Shown here: positions 1 to 8,475 of the stretch, piece by piece | Numbering within the stretch: the stretch's first letter is position 1 | Layout: each line of letters starts with the position of its first letter | Origin: Eledone cirrhosa | Lineage: Eukaryota | DNA: 10,764 bases | Direction: 5' to 3' | Assembly (NCBI GenBank): GCA_964016885.1 | Contig: CAXHJY010000676.1 | Location: 1 to 10,764 of the forward strand | Notes under the pieces: model-generated | The model's input: the letters and a program-made list of their open reading frames with translations, nothing else | Told to the model about the DNA's origin: nothing | Databases searched by the model: none | Position numbers and translations under genes: made by a program

Positions 1-134
1 GATGTGGATATTTCAAAAAACGTTGCAACCGTAGGAAGATCGGAAGACGATACTTTGGTTCGTGGAAATGTTCCCTGGCAAAGAACGGGAAAAAACGAAT
101 ATAATATGTCATTAATAGGAGCGGTGTAAAACAT

Positions 135-913
135 TATATATATATTATACATAATATATTATATATATATTATATATATATTATATATATATTATATATA
201 TATTATATATATAAATTACAGATATATTATATATATATTATATATATATATTATATATATAATACATATATATTATATTAATAAATTACATATACATTAT
301 ATATATAAATTACATATACATTATATATATAAATTACATATATATTATATATATAAATTACATATATATTATATATATAAAATACATCTATATATATGTT
401 ATATATATATCATATATATTATATATAATATATTATATATAATATATAATATGTTATATATATATCATATATATTATATATAATATATTATATATAATAT
501 ATAATATGTTAGATATATATTATATATTATATATATATTATATATTATATATAATATATATATATAATATATATAATATATTATATATATAATATATATA
601 TAATATATATAATGTATTATATATATAATATATATATAATATATATAATATATATCTATAATATATAATATATATAATATAAATAATATATATATAATAT
701 ATATAATATATATATATAATATATAATATATAATATATATATAATATATATAATATATATAATATATATATATAACATATTATATATAATATATATATAA
801 TATATATATATAACATATTATATATAATATATATATAATATGTTATATATATATTATATATATTATATATATATATTATATACATATTATATATTATATA
901 TATATATTATATA
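135..913. repeat. AT-only low-complexity / degenerate (TA)n array with internal sub-repeats
   Basis: Almost only A/T. Contains recurring ATAAATTACATATA(C/T)ATTATAT units (~281-380) and a ~55-bp near-duplication (~396-505). ORF 538..885 is an I/Y artefact. Confidence 0.95.
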
Positions 914-1060
914 GTATAGCGCCTTGTGCGCATAGGAACACATATTCCATTATTACTAACTCCTCTATGTTGAGAAAAAACTTGGTCGTTTTGACTGCTG
1001 CTAGTTATAGCGGTAGCCGGCTGACCTCCCTGCCTCTGCCTCTATCTTTGGACTAGGCCC

Positions 1061-1305
1061 TTGAAAAAATTGATTCCACTTCATTTACTCTCATCTCGGG
1101 AACAGTTTTGGATAGCGCTAGTTCGTCATTTAAATTCAAGAATTTTATATTCTTTGAATGAAAAGAACCTTCTGACGAGAATCTTTCTTTGCAACGAAGG
1201 CCATATTTTTGAGATTCGAAACCGTATCGGCAAAGGTAACTATATTACGTAAAGTCAATTTTTTAAAATTTATTTTGAAACTTTTTCCTTATTTGCTAAA
1301 CCTTG

Positions 1306-1307
<2 letters not shown>
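1061..1307 (+). mobile_element. Penelope-like retroelement 3' remnant (GIY-YIG endonuclease C-terminus + hammerhead + short 3' region)
   Basis: Translation LLSSREQFWI(ALV)RHLNSRILYSLNEKN (R at 1097, LN at 1154-1159) resembles the 'RE.FWI..L.T..P.GLN' end of PLE GIY-YIG domains. A hammerhead fold follows immediately, and the block ends at a (TA)n tract. The 5' boundary is uncertain and may extend to ~914. Confidence 0.6.
1167..1237 (+). ncRNA. Type I hammerhead ribozyme fold with U16.1>C variant
   Basis: Stem I ACCTT 1167-1171 / AAGGT 1233-1237; CTGACGA 1172-1178; stem II GAATCT 1179-1184 / AGATTC 1212-1217; GAAA 1218-1221; stem III CCG 1222-1224 / CGG 1228-1230 with TAT loop. C1231 occupies the conserved U16.1 position and A1232 is H17. 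Confidence 0.7.

Positions 1308-1352
<45 letters not shown>
1308..1352. repeat. (TA)n microsatellite
   Basis: Pure TA run. Confidence 0.98.
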
Positions 1353-1354
<2 letters not shown>

Positions 1355-1445
1355 CGAAGACAATGTGGTAAGGAACCAGGTGGACCATAACGCACCAAAG
1401 TACTCAATACTTGGGGTAGTAGAGTGGGTAATAGGAACTAGTTCC

Positions 1446-1448
<3 letters not shown>
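1352..1448. mobile_element. Short interspersed-repeat fragment between two (TA)n tracts (copy 1 of the terminus also at 10698)
   Basis: 1352-1411 matches 10698-10757 at 54/60 positions in the same orientation. Both copies start directly after a TA-rich array. Family not identified. Confidence 0.7.
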
Positions 1449-1640
<192 letters not shown>

Positions 1641-2529
1641 GCAAGCTCAATAAAATATTTGGCTTGGTGATTAAGTTCATGGAAATTTCGTTTCAGAATC
1701 ATTCGTTACACTCACATACACATACATACATACATAGATACATATATACATACATACAGAGGCATATCCCTTTATAAAACAAAAAAAACGATTACATGTA
1801 GTGTTAAGTTATAGTACAATTCTTTAGCATATTACATACACATCACCCCTATATATCCAGACCAAACAGGTAATATACTACATGGTTTCATACACCTTCT
1901 CAATAGGGTAGATACATTGGAAAATGTAATCCTAAATCCACCGTTAGGTGCTGAAGAGCCAGGGTTTGTCGCAGAATGCACCAGGTTGCCACTGGAGGAC
2001 AGATCGCTCCATGACGAATCCCATGTGTTGGTTTACCACCGCGTTACGAGAATATAGTCACGCCGCCTGGCCTTTTATAACATAGCACGCGTGAAAGTAA
2101 TACACCACAGTTGAAGAAGCAAGAAAAGAAAACTGTCCTTTAAAATACTAAACATTATACATTACACTGAAAAGACTATCCTCATTCGGTTTATCAAATA
2201 TTTCATAACTAGAAAGTTTTATATCTGCAAAGTATTTTCTTTCGCAGAGTATTAAAAAAAAAAAACCCTGTAAATATTAAAATCACAATTCAAATTCCAG
2301 CAAAATATTCTGAACTGTATGTGAAATGCATTTTCTTCTGCTGGCATTTTGCAATATCTATATATCATCAGAATAGTTTTTTAGTTTTCTTTCTTGAGAA
2401 ATATCCTTTTACTTCGTGAAAATACTTTTAAAAAAATGAGAAATCAATAATATTTCCAAGGAGTGGATTAGGAAAAATATAGTTACACACAAAAATATGC
2501 ATGTAGAAATGTCTCGTTGTATTCATGTA

Positions 2530-2616
2530 TCTCTCTCTCTCTCTCTCTTTTCTTATATATATATATATAAACATACATATACATTTATATATATACATAC
2601 ATACATACACACACAC

Positions 2617-2647
<31 letters not shown>
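2530..2647. repeat. Compound (TC)n/(TA)n/(CATA)n microsatellite
   Basis: Read directly; abuts the left arm of the palindrome. Confidence 0.92.
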
Positions 2648-2652
<5 letters not shown>

Positions 2653-2803
2653 ATACTTTGGGAGGGTCATGTTGCCAATAAGAAATACACGCACCAGTTG
2701 CTTTCACTTCAATTTAATTTAATATATATTTATAAATTTACAAATTTATAAATTTCTGGTTGGTTGGTTGGTTCCACAACCAGATAGTTGTTTATATATA
2801 TAT

Positions 2804-2848
2804 AGTCATAGTTCTTTCGTCACACACTCTGTGACCTCTTCAGTGACT
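2804..2848 (-). ncRNA. Type I hammerhead ribozyme fold (left arm, mirror copy)
   Basis: Exact reverse complement of 2960-3004. Confidence 0.72.
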
Positions 2849-2959
2849 GGGGATTTCTTTCTTCGTTTCTGTGCCTTTCCTTTCTTCTATCCTACGCCAT
2901 TTTCAAAATGGCGTAGGATAGAAGAAAGGAAAGGCACAGAAACGAAGAAAGAAATCCCC

Positions 2960-3004
2960 AGTCACTGAAGAGGTCACAGAGTGTGTGACGAAAGAACTAT
3001 GACT
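2960..3004 (+). ncRNA. Type I hammerhead ribozyme fold with minimal stem III (right arm)
   Basis: Stem I AGTCA 2960-2964 / TGACT 3000-3004; CTGAAGA 2965-2971 plus extra G2972; stem II GTCACA 2973-2978 / TGTGAC 2984-2989 with GAGTG loop; GAAA 2990-2993; stem III AG-aa-CT. Predicted cleavage after CUA (A2999). Confidence 0.72.
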
Positions 3005-3217
3005 ATATATATATAAACAACTATCTGGTTGTGGAACCAACCAACCAACCAGAAATTTATAAATTTGTAAATTTATAAATATATATTAAATTAAATTGAA
3101 GTGAAAGCAACTGGTGCGTGTATTTCTTATTGGCAACATGACCCTCCCAAAGTATAACAATATCGGTTTCAACACACGATTTCAGATAAAGAATCTTGCT
3201 AAACAAATTCAGAAACG

Positions 3218-3255
3218 ATATATATATATATATATATATAATTGTATGTGTGTGT
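3218..3255. repeat. (TA)n plus short (TG)n
   Basis: Read directly; right flank of the palindromic element. Confidence 0.92.
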
Positions 3256-3304
3256 TTCTCCACGTTTGTTTCGATAAATATGTACATAACTTGCATTGCA
3301 CTCC

Positions 3305-3560
3305 ACCAGTTACGACGACGAGTATTCCAGTTGATTCCATCAACGGAACAATCTGCTTATAAAATTAAGGAGAAAGTGGTTCTCAGGGAGAACATTCTAC
3401 ACACGTGGTTCTTAACGTGGTTCTCAGGGAGATTCAACTTGATACTGAATGGGACAAGCCTGCAACCTCAAATTATTGAGTGAAATTATATTTGGCACCT
3501 CAGTTGACTGGAACAACGAGAAATGCTGTCTTGCTGAAGAACACAATGCGCCGCGGAAAT
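3305..3560 (-). mobile_element. Degenerate cephalopod-type SINE fragment
   Basis: Segments TTCCAGTTGATTCCATCAACGGAACA, CTTAACGTGGTTCTCAGGGAGATTCA and GACTGGAACAACGAGAAATGCTGTCTTGCTGAAGAACACAATGCGCCGC resemble, from memory, an abundant Octopus tRNA-derived SINE in reverse. Not confirmed by search. Confidence 0.55.
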
Positions 3561-3661
3561 GGCTGCTAAAGGACAAGAACGATTTCATTCGAGATAAATC
3601 ATAATGAAGCCCTGATGATTTCTCCCGAATGAGACAGTTCTAATCATGTAGAAGCCATTAC

Positions 3662-3664
<3 letters not shown>

Positions 3665-3720
<56 letters not shown>

Positions 3721-3773
3721 ATGTATATGTGTGTGTATGTGTGTGTATGCGTGTATGTATGTGTGTATGTATG
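3665..3773. repeat. (TA)n-(TG/TATG)n microsatellite
   Basis: Read directly; forms the 3' flank ((CATA)-like on -) of the RLE retrotransposon. Confidence 0.95.
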
Positions 3774-4577
3774 TTCTTCTGGTTTAATAATTTCAAAAAT
3801 GTTACCAATAGAGAGAGAGTCGGTTTCTAACATAGACACAAGGCTCATTGGAATTTACACATCCACTAGGTAGAATAACATCCATATGCACATATATGCA
3901 TGTGTAGATATGGATGTTATTGTATGTGTGGATCTGTATGTTTTGAGTTGTATGTGTGCATGTATATAGTCTTTGTATCTGTACATGTGTATCTGCAGTT
4001 ATTAGATGCACATTTTTTGGAATGTTTTACATATTTTACATATTTTTACTGGATTGTACTTGTACTTGTAAACTAGTTGTGTTCTTTCTCTTCCTGTGAA
4101 GCCTAGCTTCTCAAGATTTGTATTGAGGCAGTTACTAACATACTCCAGTGACCCAATAATCACTGGCATACATCTGAAGGTGTAATCAGCGTGGAGTATC
4201 TGCAGATTTCTCATCAGTTCTGCATAAATATTCTCCTTTTCGCTAATCTTTGATATTATATTGGAATCCGCTGGGCAGCCAACTTCCACTACTGTGCATA
4301 TTTTCTTTTCACTGTCCCATATCATAATATCTGGTATGTTAGGCCTGCATTTTATTGGGGTTTTTTACTGGAACATTCCACCAGTACTCTTTCATATTAT
4401 GTACATGGATGTCTTCCACATTGCTGTAGCTTTTAATGTGTTTATTATCTTTTCTACGGATTTCATTGTACAGTGTTTTGACCACTACACATGCCTCATA
4501 GGTAGATAGTACCGCGATGACATCCTTAGGCAGCTGTTGATGATATGGGTGACATCTTCGATGTTAATTCTGCAGAA
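3774..4577 (-). mobile_element. 5'-truncated non-LTR retrotransposon with restriction-like endonuclease (R4/Dong-like), including 3' UTR
   Basis: Minus-strand translation gives the zinc-knuckle remnant CRINIEDVTHIINSC, then YLPMRH, EYWWNVPVK, NIPDIMIWD, VVEVGCP and SEKENIY, which is the CCHC / RHD / PD..E / K...Y motif order of RLE domains. A ~230-nt UTR follows and ends at CATA-type repeats. Confidence 0.85.
4002..4577 (-). pseudogene. Disrupted C-terminus of RT-RLE polyprotein (zinc knuckle + RLE endonuclease)
   Basis: Needs a frameshift after RH (~4490, 1-nt loss) and another in the A-run after VPVK (~4361-4366, 1-nt gain). Track ORF 4002..4325 is the last segment, and its end is scrambled by small duplications. 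Confidence 0.8.
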
Positions 4578-4590
4578 TATATGTATGTAT

Positions 4591-5074
4591 CGGGAGAGAT
4601 GAGCCCTTAGCCTTTGTCAAGGCAGAATTCTAGGAGAAGGAAAACTGATATAACACCTGCAACCCTGATTGTATCCAATGATGTTGACTTGTTCTTCTTT
4701 TTGGTAAATATCATCTTGGTTAAGAGAGTGGGACTGGCTTTGTGCAGTGCCTTTGCTCACTATAAAAGGTTCACGGCACAGGCATTGCTTTATATCTGGA
4801 GATCTCTCTGTACTTGTCGTCACATGGTACCATGGGCCCAACACTATGTGTCAATGATTGTCACAAGTGTAGTGTTTGTACCAGAGTTTTCAAGTCGCTG
4901 GCTGGACTAAAAAGTCACACTCGGTTCAGCGCATCGGCAGGGCTTCTCCTACATGGATATAAAGTAGTTGCCGTACTCGAAATCGAGTTGGCAGCCACCA
5001 TGTATGTATGTATGTATGTATGTATGTATGTATGTATGTATGTATGTATGTATGTATGTATGTATGTGTGTATG

Positions 5075-5080
<6 letters not shown>
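4591..5080 (+). mobile_element. Short RTE-like derived element with C2H2 zinc-finger remnant, 3' stem-loop and (TATG)n tail
   Basis: HKCSVCTRVFKSLAGLKSHTR (Cys at 4868, His at 4916; second His absent) resembles RTE/BovB ORF C-terminal fingers. Hairpin at 4964-4998, then a long (TATG)n from 5000. The 5' CTAGGAGAAGGAAAACT resembles RTE 5' regions (from memory). Confidence 0.6.

Positions 5081-5120
<40 letters not shown>
5000..5120. repeat. (ATGT)n-(TA)n-(CA)n compound microsatellite
   Basis: About 16 perfect ATGT units, then TA and CA runs. Confidence 0.97.
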
Positions 5121-5724
5121 TTTCTTACTACATTTATATTTCGGTAAACCATTTATGAATGTATATTTATGCAGGTGTATATATTAAGTACGTTCACATA
5201 AAACGTGCATATATATGCACACATATATGTGAATAATATTTTAATCAATGGTCAAAGTGCAATACTCTATTTCTGCATTTTTCTCTCGACATAAAAAAAG
5301 ATAAAATTTGCTTGCAGTTCAGCCGATATAAAATGTTACAATCTTAACGCAATTCCCAGCTGGAGAGAATAGAGTATATTATATACGCCATTGATTAATC
5401 ATAAATTCGTGTAACATACGTTTTACTTGTTGATTCCACTTCATGATGAGACATTGCCTATCAGAAACTGAAGATTGTTCAAAACGGTGCATAACGTAAT
5501 TGAGTTCCAGTATTATATTTAGCAAGTTTGTTTTACATCATTATGGTGATGGTTTATATGAAAAAAAAAGAAAGAATAAATCCAATCCAATAGAAAAGGA
5601 AAGGGGGAGGTAATAGTGTACATATCGTTTGTGATATATTTCTGTAAGTATCCTCAACTTTTATATAAGTGCCCAATATACTATATATATATAAGCACAT
5701 ATTTTCACGTGCATGCACACACAA

Positions 5725-5738
5725 TACATATATATATA

Positions 5739-5793
<55 letters not shown>

Positions 5794-5910
5794 GTACATA
5801 TATGTTTGTATGTGTATATGTTTATTTATACGTATGTATGCATGTTTACATATTTATATTTACATGTATGTATGAATGTATAAATATATATATTTAGACA
5901 TATTTATATG

Positions 5911-5971
<61 letters not shown>

Positions 5972-5975
5972 ATGC

Positions 5976-6018
<43 letters not shown>

Positions 6019-6101
6019 ATATACATTTAGACATATTTATATGTATATGTATATTTAGACATATTTATATGTATATATATATGTATATACGTAAGCATGT
6101 A

Positions 6102-6150
<49 letters not shown>

Positions 6151-6232
6151 ATGTATGTATGTGTGTATTTGTCCATATGCGTGTGTGTATGCGTGTATGT
6201 GATTGAATATGTGTGTATATATATATATATAT
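5725..6232. repeat. Degenerate (TA)n/(TG)n array with three copies of the 22-mer ATTTAGACATATTTATATGTAT
   Basis: 22-mer at 5892-5913, 6025-6046 and 6053-6074, within TA/TG runs. Confidence 0.92.
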
Positions 6233-6623
6233 AGTTTAGCATGCGTATTCGTGGTTAGATTTCATACACGTATCAACATACAAACATACACATGGATGGT
6301 CACATGTGCTCTTGCTTGATATCAAATCAGCACGTTTGTATCCATATCTGTCATTTTGCTTTTGAAAATTTGGAGACTTGACGTTAAGCATTTTTCCTCT
6401 GTAGAACTTACATCATTTTCCTATTTTTTTTATGGACTTCTAAGATGCTTCTCTGACACGAACAAGGTTGAAAATTGCATATAAATAGTTTGTTTCAGAA
6501 GCAATGTATATATGATATATGCTTTACACAATACATAATAGCGAGGGGAATGACGTATAGCTTAATTGAGGTATCAGTAATAGGAAGAAAACAGAAACCG
6601 GTACATACTATTCCAGCATAATA

Positions 6624-6720
<97 letters not shown>

Positions 6721-6773
6721 CACACACACATACACACACACATATATATATGTATATATATATACACACACAT

Positions 6774-6818
<45 letters not shown>

Positions 6819-6914
6819 TACACACATACACACACATATATATATATATATACACACATACACATACACACGCACACACACATACATATATACACACACA
6901 TACACATATACACA

Positions 6915-6960
<46 letters not shown>

Positions 6961-7180
6961 CATAATATGCTGCTTATACATACAGACATGTATGTATGGA
7001 AATATATATATATGTTATTATCCTTATATATATACATATATATATATACATATGCTTCTTACACACACGCATACACAGCTATATATATATAGATACATAC
7101 TTATTACGCTGCTTATGCACACACACACACAACTATATATATATATATATATATATACATATTATGATGCATATATACAT
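6624..7180. repeat. Alternating (TA)n/(CA)n compound microsatellite, degenerating rightwards
   Basis: Repeated blocks of (TA)n followed by (CA)n over 6624-6962, then degenerate copies. Confidence 0.95.
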
Positions 7181-8414
7181 GTTATGCTATAAATATGTTC
7201 ACATTACTTTTTAGTGTCTTCAATATGTCTATGGCATTACCGGGTGAACAATGATAATATTCACCGATGTATATTGCTATAATACCAACGCTCCAGGCTT
7301 TTTCCCTTCTAGTTATCACATGACCCATGTCATTTTGTAATAACGAAAAGAGATATAAGAGCAATATATAAGATTCGTTTACTATTTGTATATCTATCCT
7401 GCTGATATTTTCCACCTCCTACTGAATTTCTTTAGTTTTGCAATGAATACTTAGATATTCTCTTATTTTTGTTATTATACGAACTATACGTGCCACTAGA
7501 TTTTTGAATGGTTTTATTATAGACTAATTTTTTTTTTGCAACTATTATTATTTCTTCTCTATCATATATATGATTTTATGCGCTGTTCATGTATTTCTTA
7601 TGCATAGAAAAGTATATAGATATAATTATTTTATATCAATAGATACCTTTTTCACCTTTCCCTACTGCGTGTATTAAAGTCTCCGAAATGTTACGTAAAA
7701 TACACTTTTATTTTATGTTCTTATTTTTACAAACCTTATAATAACAGAATTCATTATAAATTGTTTCTTTCTTACATCCTACAGCAACGTTTTATAGGAC
7801 ATGTTAGAGCAATAATTCTTATCTCACATAATTGTCAACATCATTCAAGGTACATTCTTCAGCATTTTATATTTTCATTGTGACTTTGCCCTCTATATAA
7901 GTACTCATCAAGCTATTCCGCTAGCTCACCTCCTCTGCTAATATGCGTTATAGATCTTGAGCATGATCTGTTGGTGTCCATTCCAAACCATTTTCGAAAT
8001 GCAATAAAATGAGTCAAATTAATGCTATATTCCGTTCACGTTTATATATTTTAATATATAATAACCTTCATTAAAAGCAATTATCTCTGAGCCAAGTTTC
8101 ATATACATCTATAGTTTGTTTCAAATATTCATTGTTTAAACGAGGGGTGAAGCTTTTTAATTCATTTGATTATGTACAAGTTACTGCATCTCCTATTTCA
8201 TGGAGTGAATAGAAGGAAATTAAAACGAAGATACAGAAGTCCAAAAGAGTGGCAGAGGGTGCAACGAAAGAATGTTCATAACTAAATATCTATATGCTTA
8301 CTAAACTAACATGTGAATTTATTAGACACCTGATTAACAAATGGTTGTGAAGTAGGCAGAAGGACACACATTTTGGAAGAGTGAAAGAAGATTAAATTGA
8401 CCTCACTGTGTTAG

Positions 8415-8475
8415 TGGTACTATATTTCATCGAGCCAATACGGACGAAAGACAAAGATAATCTCGGCAGAATTTG
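8415..8475 (+). mobile_element. Very degenerate SINE 3' fragment
   Basis: TGGTACTATATTTCATCGAGCCAATACGGACGAAAGACAAAGATAATCTCGGCAGAATTTG resembles, from memory, the Octopus SINE segment TGGTACTTATTTTATCGACCCCGAAAGGATGAAAGGCAAAGTCGACCTCGGCGGAATTTG. Unverified. Confidence 0.4.

Larger units (their letters stand above)
2645..3163. repeat. Perfect 519-bp palindrome (arms 2645-2903 and 2905-3163, centre C2904)
   Basis: Centre reads CCTACGCCATTTT-C-AAAATGGCGTAGG; paired positions sum to 5808. The ORF track shows the same peptide IVILWEGHVANKKYTHQLLSLQFNLIYIYKFTNL on both strands (ending at 2751 and 3057). I saw no mismatch on manual comparison. Confidence 0.97.
2645..3218. mobile_element. Probable non-autonomous Penelope-like element: inverted (head-to-head) pLTR pair with a 55-nt extension on the right arm
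   Basis: Hammerhead in each arm; both outer ends abut (TA)n; the right arm continues in frame as MTLPKYNNIGFNTRFQIKNLAKQIQKR (3138-3218). Inverted pLTRs and minimal hammerheads are established PLE features. Confidence 0.6.

Noticed and set aside
1-134. Unique sequence with open frames at the window start
   Set aside because: Too short, and no recognisable protein or RNA motif.
1947-1982. GGTG-CTGAAGA...CACC hammerhead-like frame
   Set aside because: A stem I-like pair is present, but there is no convincing stem II and no GAAA.
2645-3163. Interpretation as MITE/DNA-transposon TIRs or a CRISPR-like array
   Set aside because: No spacer or repeat-spacer pattern, the ends are asymmetric (55-nt extension), and hammerhead motifs favour a PLE origin.
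3609-3640. CTGATGA followed by a small stem (possible third hammerhead)
   Set aside because: No GAAA box (GAGAC instead) and no 3' strand for stem I.
4567-4578. 12-bp palindrome ATTCTGCAGAAT at the 5' truncation of the RLE element
   Set aside because: Short and compatible with the coding sequence (F-C-R-I); cannot be distinguished from chance without a consensus.
5442-5490. ATGATGAG...GAAAC and CTGAAGA motifs
   Set aside because: Core boxes are incomplete and have no supporting stems.
7182-7415. 77-aa minus-strand ORF
   Set aside because: Non-ATG start, no recognisable motif.
7761-7855. Possible 65-nt exon (pyrimidine tract-ACAG ... AAG/GTAC)
   Set aside because: Weak donor, unrecognisable peptide, no partner exons; expected by chance.
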